Shown here piece after piece: positions 50,360 through 62,285 of a stretch of 64,000 nt of DNA. Origin of the DNA: Glaucostegus cemiculus (Eukaryota); contig CDPCPM010000049.1 in assembly GCA_976551045.1 (NCBI GenBank), forward strand, positions 3,534,001 to 3,598,000. Reading direction: 5' to 3'. The first letter of the stretch is position 1. Each line of letters begins with the position of its first letter. The translations under genes were made by a program, and so were the position numbers. The notes beneath the pieces were generated by a model. It saw only the letters and a program-made list of their open reading frames with translations. It did not search any database and was not told the DNA's origin.

Positions 50360-50930
50360 TCTAGGATCAGAGTCACATAAAGACCTGACTTGTGTAATGG
50401 CAGATTTCTTTCTCTAAAACAACTTAATGAACCAGCTAGGTTTTATGGGAATTCTACAGCTGCACAGTGTCTTTTACTGATACCAGAGTTTTATTTCCAG
50501 ACTTAAATAAAACTGGCGGAGTGGCACAGCTAGTGGAGCCGCTGCATCTCAGCCCTGAAGACCTGAGTTCTATCCTGACTTTGGGCGCAGTCTTTGTGAA
50601 GTTTGCATGTTTCCCTGTGGCCATGTGGGTTTCCCATGGGTGCTCTGGTTTCCTCCCACATCCCAAAGCTATGCAGGTTGGTAGGTTCGTATAGGTGAGT
50701 GGTAGAATCTGGGGGAACTGATGAGAATGTGAGGAAAATAAAAGAAACAAAACTGGGATTATATAAATAGGCAGCTGACAGTCACTGTGGACTTGGTGGG
50801 ATTAAGGGTCCTGTGATGGGTATCTCCATGACGCTTGCCATTTTAAATTGAATTCACTTGAGCTATATTTGATGGATTTCAATTTACCTTCTCTATAGTA
50901 TTATTCCAGGCAACTGGATTGCCTGGCTAG
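50360..50930 (-). mobile_element. tRNA-SINE (30788 family, minus strand) with a nested HE1-like SINE (+, ~50514-50830)
   Basis: gagtcacata...ggcagatttc...aatgaaccagct flank, then ggcggagtggcacagctagtgg...tttgcatgtttccctgtggccatgtgggtttc, then resumption at ttaaattgaattcac...ggatttcaattt. Confidence 0.75.
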
Positions 50931-51809
50931 GTGTAGAACATCCAGAGATTCTCATATGCACCCCCCCACCCCAAATCTGCACCTTATGATCATCTCCAGC
51001 TGGGTTACCGAATTGGGTTACTATGTGTGAATCTCAAGTAGATCAAGTACCAATAAGCCATTTTTCAGCCTTGTGTGCTGGGATTGATGTCCTGCATTGC
51101 CACCTATCTGCAAGCAGTCTTGATTTTAACCAGAAAATGGCAATGGAACCACCTAATCTGTGCACTTGTGCATGTTGTTTGCACATCCAGAAGGGTACTT
51201 GCTTCTCAACTTCCAACGAGTGAGGTGTTGCAATAAAGCATAGAAAAGTATTTGTTCCTGTGACGTGGAATTCTACTATAAGTGTGCACTGATTTTAGTC
51301 TTTTTATGTTTATATTTCCAGCATATGGTTATTGGTTTTGATGAAGCAGGTAATAATCACAAGAGAACATAGTGCTCATTCGTTTAATCTTCAAAACAAA
51401 TTGCATTGCATATAGCATTACATGACCATGTGCATCTGGCTAGAATTCAGTTACAAGGAAGGAGACAACAATTCAGCTCTGAAAGCTGTTGTTAGAGTTG
51501 TTGAAAACCAACAGATTTGATCTAAGCAATATGTGATGGTCCTTGGCTGCTGAATAAATAAATGGTGCTAAAGCTTAGGTAATATCACTAAAAAGTGTGA
51601 TTGTGTAGTCATTGAGTGAAATTCCATGTGCTCTAGTAGTCCATAGAGGGGGTGTTAGATTGTTAAGGATTCTTTTTATTTATACTGAAACGTCAATGCT
51701 TGAGTGAGTTGCTGAACAGTTTACATGGGAATGCTGCATTGAAACGATGCAACTAATACCTCACCTCACTGGGAAAATGTATTTAATTGGGCTCATTTGA
51801 ACAGGAAAG

Positions 51810-52210
51810 AAAGTACTTGCATTTACTTAGTGTCAAGGTTATTACCCTTGATATGACTCAAAGTTCTTCACAGTCAGCAACACAATCCTGAGGTAAGCAA
51901 TAGGCACACAGCAAGGTCCCATAAACAAATGTAAATGAGATGAATGATCTGGTAAAGTGTCTTTGGCACTGTCAGTTAAGCAATCAGTATTGGCCTGGGA
52001 ACTGATGATGCTCCTTCACTCTCTAAGTAACACAGTGGGATTATTTTTTACATGGGATTTCTGTTTACTGTCTTATTAGAAACCTTAACCTCCAACAAAA
52101 TTCTGCTTTATACTGATATATCAATGCATTAACTTGGTTCATGCCTTCAGACTTCTGGAATGGAGTGAACCCATGACCTTCTGATCCAGAGACCACTGAG
52201 TCGAGCTGAC
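51810..52210 (-). mobile_element. Deu-domain SINE
   Basis: acttgcatttac...gcacacagcaaggtccc...tattggcc...agtgggattattttt...gagtgaacccatgaccttctga. Confidence 0.72.
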
Positions 52211-52299
52211 AATCATGAAGCAGGTTGCATGCACAGTCCCATACTCGACCCAGCCCCACCCCCTGAATCAAATTCCCACAGAAAGAGTGGAGGGAGGGA

Positions 52300-53330
52300 A
52301 GAACACAAACCTGCACGGATAATCCATTGAAAAGCATTAACTTCAGGATTGCTGTAACAACAGATGATGTATTGGATTGCATTCACAAAAACCCTGAGCT
52401 ATTGCCAATATATGGGCATCCAGCCACTCTAATGTAAATTTAACAGCTAAATTTCTTCAAAATTGAATTATAACAGCTCCACGCAGTTTTGGCATCAGTT
52501 CTGGTGAAAATGACCATTAGAGAGTTCCCTTTCTGCACCATGTTTGACTCTCATTCCAGTGAATTAAGTACACCTCTGATGTCACATCAGAACTATAGAA
52601 AGGCTGGCCCAGCTGATATCTTGATTAGAAGTATAACAACAAATGTGCTACTCATTTGGTTGCTCTATCTTTATTGGCGTGCTTCTGAATAAAGCTTTAT
52701 CCATATTTTTCCAACTGAAATTGCCAGGATCTATAAACTTGTGTAACCTAATATTTCCACCTAAACTAATTTAACCAGTTCATTAGTCAAGTAAAGATTA
52801 ATGATTGAAGGATCACTGGGTGGAACAATATTTATCATCTTTGACAATAACAAAAAGCTTAAACAAATTGCTAATAAGTTTTGAATATATATTGAGCATA
52901 ATCATTGTCATTGGCATAAAATGCTTTCATATTCTGCTGCTGAACAGGACTAATATGAGGAATGTGATTTACAATTTATATCCAGTCAATGCTGAAGGGA
53001 GTTAAAACGTTAACTGGAATTGAAAGGCTGAGGCTCTAATGCTAGCGGCTCGTGTCTAACAATTGACAAATGGAAGTGATGTCTGTGAAGAAAAGTGTTA
53101 AGACTTTAGCAGCAATAGTTTCCATGGTCCCATGATTCATCGTCTTTTGTCAGCACAGTGCTTTAAAATTTGAGTGAACCTGCCAATTGTAATTTCGGGC
53201 ACAGTTAAATTGCTACATTTAGATTGTTGCCAAGCAGTTTCTAATTTGCATTGACCTGAAACTCTGATTTATGCACAGTCTGTGCCTGGAGTGGCGTGGC
53301 ATGAGACCGTCATTTACAGACACCATCTCA
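52300..53330. promoter_or_regulatory. Candidate conserved non-coding/enhancer block
   Basis: About 1 kb with no recognisable TE, dense in TAAT/ATTA, ACAAT, TGACA and TGATTTAC motifs. Inference only; no alignment was run. Confidence 0.35.
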
Positions 53331-53509
53331 AGGTACACTTAGTTTGACACTGATGTTGTTTTATGAAGCACAATGGTGTAAAGCAATGAGGAACATTTTG
53401 GACCTCCAGGACACTTTTTAATCAAAACTTCACAGTTACTTTAAAGGTTTTGGAAGTGTTGCCATTCTATGCCAATTCCAAATCATTTGAAAGTTATTGA
53501 TTGTGGGCT

Positions 53510-53652
53510 CGCTCCTGATTTGAGGGTTGGTTTTTGATCCGGGAGTAACAGACAATGTGTTACTCTTCTGGGATGCTGCTCGACCTGCCGAGTTCCTCCA
53601 GCAGGTTCTTTGTTGCTCCAGATTCCATCACCTGCAGTCTCTTGTGTTCCTG
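53510..53652 (+). mobile_element. Penelope pLTR fragment
   Basis: gatgctgctcgacctgccgagttcctccagcaggttctttgttgctccagattccatcacctgcagtctcttgtg. Confidence 0.78.
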
Positions 53653-55239
53653 TGTTATGCTTCTGCTTTTTTGCCCCCTCACAATGTTTGTATCATTTTC
53701 ACAATGAAAAGATATTTACAAAATCTAAAACTCCAAATTGCTGTGCATACTCTGAATGAAATAACAAATCCAGGATTAACAATTAGTTAATCGCAAATCA
53801 TTTGGGAGCACCACAGAAACCGTTTTGAAAAGTACTGAACACAGACCAATGTGAAAAGGCAAAATTAACAGATTAATTTAACAGTCTGAATAATTCATAG
53901 AGGCAGCTAGACCCAACAAGACACTGAGAATGGATAGAATTACAATGAAGTGAAGTGAGATCCTGAGAGGTTAAATTCCCTTGTTCGAACATATTTCTAA
54001 CACAACTTAATAAATGGCTGCTTAAACCATACTTCTACACAACTTTTATGACACTGTGGATTTCAATGTTGCACAGAGTGATGTAAGTAAATGGAGAGGG
54101 TGGGTGAAATGAAACTCTTGCCTTTATTTAGCTTCTGTATTACTTCCCTTTTGGGATAACTAAAAACCTTTTATAGCCTGTCACTTACTTCTGAAATGTG
54201 CTCACCATTGTAATGTAGGAAATATAGTTATTAATTTGCAATCTGCTAGCTCCCACAAATGTGATAATGACCAGATGTAATTAGAATAAAGGGAAGAGAC
54301 AATTAACATGACATAGAGCCTCGACTGTACTATAAATATGAGTGAAGACCAATTGGGGTGGATGGCTGGCTTGTGAACCAAATTCGAAGCAACTTCTATC
54401 TTTCAATGAAGATAGAGAAGGTAGAGGTTATCCCTTTTAATTGTTCTGTTCTAACGTTATTAAGAGATAATTACTGAACTTCTCTGTCAGTGATGTGACA
54501 GAGTTGAGATTTCTAGATAGATTAAAAGACAATAAATCTGTTTAAATAATTGATGGAAATTTTGAACAAGTCTTTTGAAATCTGCTCCCACACTTTGTGC
54601 ATTTAGATGTTGATGTTTGGATGCTGTTGTTCTTTTGCATACATTTCTGTTTGACAATTCAATAGTCAAATATATTAGACAGCTCAATGGACCAAAGTAT
54701 GTTCTTTCCGCCATGCGTTTTGTACTACTGAGTTTTAGAAGCACGATTTGCATTCATTAACTGGACAGTGATGTACAATGGGCAGAAACATTGCTGAAAA
54801 ATGCCATTGTATTGCATCACCAAGGCAACTAACTTTTCTACATTGTAGCCCCAGAACAATTCCTCTATGAACAGAAATACTTCAACCTCAGCTTTGTGTC
54901 ACATGCCCTACCTCGTACTGTTATTTCATAGTTTAATAAAGTATATACCAAGAAGAGCTTATTTTTTATTCAATAGATTAAGAGTATCATTCAGGATTCA
55001 CTTTAGCCTGATCTCCATCTGATGCATACAGATTTCATTTATTCCTGCCAAGGTCTGTGTTAAAAGTATTATTGAATAAAATGTGAAAGAACATCATTTA
55101 AAATGAAAATTATGTAATATGTGGAAATAATTGGGAAGTGATTTTCCTTGTTGCTTTATTCAGATTTTCTTGCAATACCATGATGGGAGAATGATGCATT
55201 TCTCTGTGGCAAAATTTTAGTTAGTGCCGAGGACTCGTG

Positions 55240-55880
55240 TGACTGATGTGCAAAGAGTCTTATCCAATACTGTCTCCTCCCATCACCTCAACAGTCGTCA
55301 TCAATCTGTCACTACCTTATTTCACCCTCCAGGACAATGTTCATCGAAAAAGTAATCAATTTACTACTTTGCACACGATAATTTACATGGGCCATCAGCA
55401 AAGCAGTTTGTGCTTCAATGTATTGAAGCGGTGACTCATCTGTCAGATGCAAGGGTAAACGGTGACTTTCAGTCTGGGAAACCTGAAGCAAAATAAGAAG
55501 GCTCTAGCACTGTTTCTGACGTTGCAGGATATCCCCAACATCTCGGTTGTCATTGATGGTACACCGACACAAAAGATCATCACATTCATGAGCAAAGCCT
55601 TCTATTCTGGGAGTGTCACTGAGCATCAGAATAGAATCCCGCAAGGCTGCTTTCAAGATATCATGATTAGGGGAATACCTTGTCCAATTTGTAGGAAATG
55701 TGTGGAAGAATGGCTTGAAGGAAATTTAAACTGGCATTTCCCGTTCTGCCTCCTGACACCAATGGCAATGATGAGCATTGTCTGCCTGACAATACAGAAG
55801 AGCACCGGTAGCCATTGGAATAATTATTAAGCACACTGATGGCATCCTGAAGCAGCAAAATGCTGAATATATTTGCCTTA
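55240..55880 (+). pseudogene. Fossil PIF/Harbinger transposase (HARBI1-like, DDE_Tnp_4)
   Basis: Collinear motifs across frameshifts: ISKAV, CIEAVTHL, TFSLGNLKQNKKALALF, VAGYP-NISVVIDGT, YSGSVTE, WLEGN...CLLTPM, IIKHTDGILKQ. These correspond to the Harbinger pattern ISQ..V, CI..VT.AL, AGFPNV.GAIDCT, PGS.HD, WLLGD..Y...WLLTP, IERTFG.LKQR. Confidence 0.65.
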
Positions 55881-57480
55881 AACATTTCCTCATAACACTT
55901 TTCTCCCTGTTCTTCAAACATCCTCCGTATGGTTGAGATCTCTCTTACTCTGTCAGCGTCTCCTGTCTAGCAATATTCTTGAAGTGTAGTGGTTGCTTGG
56001 AGTCTTTCATTTGACGTTTTCTCTGAGCACAGCTGTATGACCAGTCAAGTTCAATCAACTTTCCTTCTATTCCCCAAATAGGAAGGAGTTGTAGTTAAAT
56101 ACTCTTTCTTGTTTCTGCCAGCAATGAGCTCTCAATCTATCTAATCGGAACCAAGATGCCAGCAGATCTGAGCAGAGCTATGGGCATTTCCTTGTGCGAT
56201 GCCATCAAATTCAAAAAAGGTTCAATTATTAGCTACTCCTTGCCCACCATTTCATTGGAACATAAGAACATAAGAAAAAGGAGCAGGAGTAGGCGATCTG
56301 GCCTGTCAAGCCTACTCCGTCATTCAATACAATCATGGCTGATCTGGTCATAGACTCAGATCCACCTACCTGCCTTTTCCCCATAACCCTTAATTCCCCT
56401 ACTATGCAAAAATCTGTCTAACTGTATCTTAAATATATTTAACAAGGCAGCTTCTACTGCTTCCCTGGGCAGAGAATTCCACAGATTCACTACTCTCTGG
56501 GGAAAAGCAGTTTCTTCTCATCTGCATCCTAAACCTATTCCCCTGAATCTTGAGGCTATGTCCCCTAGTTCTAGTCTCACCAACCAGTGGAAACAACATT
56601 CTTGCCTCTATCTTATCAATGCCTTCCATAATTTTATATGTTTCTGTAAGATCCCCTCCCATTCTTCTGAATTCCAGAGAGTATATTCCCAGGCAACACA
56701 ATCTCTTCTCGTAGGCTAACCTCCTCATCTCCAGAATCAACTTGGTGAACCTCCTCTGCACCTACTCCAAAGCCAGTATATCTTTCTTCAAGTAAGGAGA
56801 CCAGAACTGCACACAGTACTCCAGGTGCAGCCTCACCAGTACCCCATACAGTTGCAGCATAACCTCCCTGCTCTTAAATTCAATCCCAAGAGCAATGGAG
56901 GCCAACATTCCATTTGCCTTCTTGATATCCTGCTGCACCTGTAAACCAACCTTTTGTGATTCATGCACAAGCACTCCCAAGTCCCTCTGCACAACAGCAT
57001 GCTGCAATCTTTCACCATTTAACTAATGATCTGATCTTCTATTTTTCCTTCCAGAGTGGATGACCTCGCATTTACTAACATTGCACTCCATCTGCCAGAC
57101 CCTTGCCCACTCACTTAACCTTTGTATATCTCTTTGCAGACTCACTGCATCTTCTGCACAATTTACTCTTTTCGACTCAATTTAGTGTCATCAGCAAATT
57201 TAGGTATGCTACACTTGGTCCCCTCTTCCAAATCGTTAATGTATATTGTGAACAGTTGCAGGTCCAGCACCAACCCCTGCAGCTCACCACTGATTTTCTA
57301 ACCAGAGAAACACTCCCAACACTCTGCCTTCTATTGGTTAATCCTCTTTCCATGTTAATACATTATGACCAACTCCATGCATCCTTATCTTGTAGGTAAG
57401 TATTTTATACGGCACCTTATTGAATGCCTTGTAGAAATCCACCTGGTCCTCTCTATCTACTTCATTCATTATATCCTCAA

Positions 57481-59223
57481 CCCATGAATCCTCAAACCAA
57501 CCCATGAAGTGTGACATCGCGTTGGCTGAGGACCTCAACAAGTTCTTTGCCCGCTTCGACTGTGCAAACGCCTGTAACGGAAAGGTCAGCATACCGGATG
57601 ATTCGCACAAACTGGTGGTTGAAAGCAAAGAGGTATGCAGGATACTGAGGAAGGTTAACACAAGGAAGGCAACGGGACTGGATGGGGTACCAGGTCGGGT
57701 GCTGCAGGAATGCTCGGAACAGCTGGCAGGAGTATTCACGGACATCTTTAATCTCTCCCTGACCAAAGCCACTGTTCCGGCATGTCTCAAAGCAACAACG
57801 GTTGTACCCATCCCCAAAGTCAAGAACATCACAGGCATGAACGACTATAGACCAAATGCACTAACACCTCTCATAGCTAAATGCTTTGAGAGGGTGATAC
57901 TGAGATTCATCAAAAGTGCAATCCCACCAACGGTAGACCAGTATCAGTTCGCATACCAGGCAAATAGATCAACGGAGGATGCGATCAACCTAGCCCTTCA
58001 CACTGCGTTGACACACCTGGACAGGCAGAATGCCTATGTCAGGATGCTCTTTCTGGACTTCAGCTCAGCATTCAACACGGTAATCCCCAGCAAGCTTGTT
58101 TCCAAACTTCACAGTCTTGGCCTCAATGCCTCAATTTGCAACTGGACCATGGACTTTCTCACCAACAGACCACAGATGGTGAGGTTAGGTGGACATACAT
58201 CCTCAACCATCACCCTGAACACAGGAGTGCCACAGGGTTGTGTGTTGAGTCCCCTCCTGTACGCGTTCTTCACCTACATCTGTTCACCCAAACATGGTAC
58301 AAATACCATAATTGAATTCGCAGATGACACAACAGTCATCGGCTTAATCTCCGACGGTGATGAGTCTGTGTACAGGGACGAGGTGGACAACCTAACAGCC
58401 TGGTGTTCTACCAACAATCTTATCCTAAACACTAAAAAAACCAAGGAGATTGTGGTAGACTTCAGGAGGACGAGCAGAACAGAACTTGGCCCAGTGCTCA
58501 TTGATGGCGAGGCAGTAGAGAGAGTTACAAGCTTCAAATTCCTGGGGACTCACATTACCGAAGACCTCTCCTGGGGAACTCACTCTACATTAAGCATCAG
58601 GAAGGCGCAACAGCGTCTGTACTTCCTACGGCAGCTGAAGAGTGCAAACTTGTCAACAGGTATCCTGGTCAATTTCTATAGGTGTGCGATAGAGAGCATC
58701 CTGACATACGGCATCACTGCCTGGTATGCCAGCTGTACCGACAAAGAGAGGAAAGGCCTACAGCAGGTGATTGACACGGCACGGAAGATCACAGGGGTGC
58801 GCCTACCCGCGTTGGCGGACATTTATGAGTCCCGGTGTCTGAACAAGGCTACAAACATCATTAAGGACTCTTCCCACCCGGCCCATCACCTCTTCAGTCT
58901 GCTCCCCTCAAAGAAACGCTTCAGGACATTCCACACATCCACGGCCAGATTGAGGAATAGCTTCTTTCCCAACGCCGTGTAAATCTTAAACAAGGACTTT
59001 AAATTTCACAGATTGCACTAGTTCTTTCTCGCTTCTTCTCTCTCTCCCTCTAATACATCAAGTAAACCCTACAGTGTAAACTCTAACTTAATTTATTCTC
59101 TATTTATTTAATATTTAAGTATTGTGCCTATTGCCTGACATGGGAGTGCCAATGAAATCTCGTTGTTCTGTTGTCTCAACGGCTCAATGACAATAAAGCA
59201 ATCTTGAATCTTGAATCTTGAAT
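57481..59223 (+). mobile_element. Young 5'-truncated Rex1/Babar LINE
   Basis: RT ORF, then a 3' UTR, aataaa and an (aatcttg)x3 tail. TSD ctcaa at 57476-57480 and 59224-59228. CR1 sequence is contiguous across the insertion. Confidence 0.96.
57504..58982 (+). CDS. Rex1/Babar reverse transcriptase (RT + C-terminal DUF1891-like region; endonuclease missing)
   Basis: 492-aa ORF with KATGLDG, NDYRP, QFAY..NRSTEDA, LDFSSAFNT, GVPQGCVLSPLL, FADD, KAQQRLYFLR and RLRNSFFP. The start Met is incidental to the truncation, and the TAA probably replaces a codon in ...AV-x-ILN. Confidence 0.93.
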   Translation: MKCDIALAEDLNKFFARFDCANACNGKVSIPDDSHKLVVESKEVCRILRKVNTRKATGLDGVPGRVLQECSEQLAGVFTDIFNLSLTKATVPACLKATTVVPIPKVKNITGMNDYRPNALTPLIAKCFERVILRFIKSAIPPTVDQYQFAYQANRSTEDAINLALHTALTHLDRQNAYVRMLFLDFSSAFNTVIPSKLVSKLHSLGLNASICNWTMDFLTNRPQMVRLGGHTSSTITLNTGVPQGCVLSPLLYAFFTYICSPKHGTNTIIEFADDTTVIGLISDGDESVYRDEVDNLTAWCSTNNLILNTKKTKEIVVDFRRTSRTELGPVLIDGEAVERVTSFKFLGTHITEDLSWGTHSTLSIRKAQQRLYFLRQLKSANLSTGILVNFYRCAIESILTYGITAWYASCTDKERKGLQQVIDTARKITGVRLPALADIYESRCLNKATNIIKDSSHPAHHLFSLLPSKKRFRTFHTSTARLRNSFFPNAV

Positions 59224-61472
59224 CTCAAAGATTTCCAGTAAGTTTGTCAAACAGGATCTGCACTTCCTGAATCCATACTATGTCTGCCTGATGGAACCAC
59301 TTCTATCTAGATGTGGTTCTAGACGTGGTTTCTCTCTTAATGATGGCTTCAGGCATTTTCCCAACCACAGACATTAAGCTAACTGGCCTACATATACCTG
59401 CCTTTTGCCTACATCCTTTCTTAAGCAGCGGTGTGACATTCGTTGTCTTCCAATCCACTGGGACCTGCCCAGAGTCCAGAAAATTTTGGTAAATTATCAC
59501 AAGCACCTTTACGATAACTTCTGCCATTTCTTTCAGTAGCCTGGGATGCAATCCATCAGGACCAGTGGACTTGTCTACCTTTAGGCCCACTAGTTTGCTC
59601 ATCACTACCTCTTTAGTGACAGTGATTGCTCTGAGGTCGTCACCTTCCATTGCATCCATAGCATCTCTCTTTGGCATGTTAGATGTGTCCTCCACCGCAA
59701 ACAATGACACAAAATAGTCGTTCAAGGCCTTGGCTATTTCCACCTTACTCATTATTAATTCCCCTTTTTCATCTTCCAAGGAACCTATGTTCACTTTAGC
59801 CACCCTTTTGTGCTTCATATAATTGTAAAAACTTTTACAATCTGCTTTTATATTTTGTGCTAGTTTACTTTCATAATCTATGTTCCCTTTCCTTATTGTT
59901 TGCTAAGTGGTTCTTTGTCGGTTTTTAAAGTTTTCCCAATCTTTCGGTTTCCTACTGCTCTTGACAACTTTGTATGCCTGAGCTTTTAGATTGATGCCTT
60001 CTCTTATTTCCTTAGTTATCCAAGACTGTATCTCCCCACTCTTACAGTTCTTGCTTTTAACTGGAATATACTTCTGTTGAGCACCATGAAAAATCTTCCA
60101 CTTTTCCTCAACTATCCCACCATATCGCCCATGTTCCCATTCTATGCTAGCCAACTCCTCCCTCATCCCATTGCAGTCTCTCTTGTTTAGACAAAATACA
60201 CTGGTTTTAGATCGAACTATTGCACCCTCCATTTGTATGAGAAATTCAATCAGACCATGATCACCCTTTCCAAGAAGATCCTTGACTACAAGATTGTTAA
60301 TTTTACCTGTCTCATTGCACAGGACCAGATCTAAGATAGTGATTCCCCCTGTAGGTTCACTCACATGCTGTTCAAGAAAGCTATCACAGATGCATTCCAT
60401 GAAGTTCTCTTCAAGACTGCCTCGACCAACTTGATTCGCCCGGTCTATGTGGAAGTTAACATCCCTCATGACAACTGCCGTTCCATTCTTACATGCATCA
60501 AATATTTCTTGGTTTATTGCCTGTGCCACTGTAATGTTATTATTTGGTGGCCTATAGACAATTCCCACCAGTGACTTTTTTCCCCTTTACTCTTCCTAAT
60601 CTCTATTCAGAGGGATTCAACATTCTACTCCCTAGATCTTATGTCTCGCTATTGCCCTGATCTCATTCTTAATTAAGTGCGCTACACCACCTCCCTTACC
60701 TTCCTGTCTATCATTCCGTATTACCTAATACCCTTGGATATTTAATTTCCATTTATGTCCACCCTGCAGCTATGTTTCTGTAATAGCCACTAAATCATAC
60801 CCCCTTGTACTGATTTGTGCCAGAAGTTCACTGACCTTGTTTTGAATACTAGAGGCATTCAGATAAAGTGCCCTTACACTCATTGTCCTTGTAGAATCTA
60901 GTAACCTCTGTGTCCTTTGCATTTGACTTCTCTGTACTCCAGTCTTTTCTCTTTTCTAACTTTTACTCTGGTCTTTGCTTTGCTTCCCTCTGTCTTTCTG
61001 TTTGGATTCCCATCTCCCTGTCATATTTCCCTTTGACTCCTTCTGGGAGTCCAGTGACAAAGTGTGGAGTTGTGGTGATTTTTTTAGCATGTGTATTTGT
61101 AATTTGCCTGCTGAATGTGCGTAAGGCTGGATCTGACCCAGGACTAGTGACTCCATTCATTTGAATGGAGAGGAATAGCTGTAAGGGAGCAAGGCAGGTA
61201 ATAGGTAATTTACCTGTTTTTGAATTACTTAATGTTGGTTTAATGTTTTACCTTTGCTGTTATGTCTTTTAGGTTTTGTCTTTTTTGTTATTTAAAAAAA
61301 TTGTTTGATTTTAATGGCTTTTGGTGTTTTTGAATGTTTCTGAATGTTGGAGACACTGAGTGTATTTGACAGCAGGCTAAGCCCAGGGCCATGACTTAAT
61401 TGACAGTTGGTTTACCTCAGTGGTTTCATTGATGGAGCTTGAACTACTCTCTTCCCTATCTTTTCCCCTCCC

Positions 61473-61640
61473 TTTCCATAAGATGAGACATACACATACA
61501 AGGCCCTGCCACTGTTTCCATAAGATGAGACATACACATACAAGGCCCTGCCACTGTTTCCATAAGATGAGACATACACATACAAGGCCCTGCCACTGTT
61601 TCCATAAGATGAGACATACACATACAAGGCCCTGCCACTG
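61473..61640. repeat. Perfect tandem repeat, 4 x 42 bp
   Basis: Unit tttccataagatgagacatacacatacaaggccctgccactg is repeated four times with no differences and no spacers. Confidence 0.97.
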
Positions 61641-61934
61641 ACCAGTCAGGAGCAGGTTTAGAGTTTTTCTTGTAGATCAGCAGTGAACGTGAGTGGTTTC
61701 CAGCTGGTATAAAATTTAGACCCAAAGAGACTGAATGAGCACTTGTGAATTTGGCCCAACAATGAGTGAGTGCTGAGGTTGTTGCTCTTCTGGCTTGCCA
61801 TTTCCCAACCCATTTTGGAACACTTGCTTAAGTATTGTAAATTAATGTGTTTATGTAGTGCTTTAAGCCTTTTGTTCACGTTAAAGTTTCTATATAAATA
61901 CGAGATTTGTTATTTTATTGTGCAAAAATATAGC

Positions 61935-62285
61935 ATCCTGAAGTGCTTAAGTTTGAAAGGGCAGTAACTATTGTTGTATGGAAGACACAATGGCTAATTT
62001 GCTGTTTGCACGATAAGCTGAGTTACAATGACGAAATTTAAAAAAAAATTGATTGATGGATAAGTACCACCTAGGACACCAAGACTAACTCCTCCACTCT
62101 TTGAAATATTGTCAAAGGATCTTCTATCTTTATTTGAGATAAAGGAAGTGGTCTCACTTTGATTGCTCATCTGAAAACCAGTACCTCTGACAGCAGAGCA
62201 TTCCCTCTGTGCACCACTGAACCACTAACATAGATTCTTCTGTGTAAGTCTCTGGAATGGAATTTGAACCGAGACCCCTTAACTT
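61935..62285 (-). mobile_element. Deu-domain SINE
   Basis: tgttgtatggaagacacaatggctaatttgc...ggacaccaag...ctcatctgaaaaccagtacctctgacagcagagcattccctc...ggaatttgaacc. Confidence 0.72.

Larger units (their letters stand above)
56259..60960 (-). mobile_element. CR1 LINE with near-complete ORF2 (APE endonuclease + RT) and 3' tail, split by Rex1
   Basis: Minus strand: ALYLNASSIQNK...YDLVAITET, GIVYRPP, LDLVL, KSTGPDGLHPRLL, ICRPVSLMS, DFYKAFNKVPY, LVRLHLEYCVQFWSP, RMGGDLTETYK. Tail tcttatgttcttatgttc. Multiple stops and frameshifts. Confidence 0.96.

Noticed and set aside
57338-58537. Antisense ORFs (166 aa and 87 aa) overlapping the RT
   Set aside because: These are shadow frames of the Rex1 RT. 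The end of the 166-aa ORF is CR1 sequence across the junction.
61473-61640. CRISPR-like array or repeat-protein CDS (FHKMRHTHTRPCHC)n
   Set aside because: Units abut with no unique spacers, there are no cas genes and the context is eukaryotic. The ORFs are by-products of a 42-bp period.
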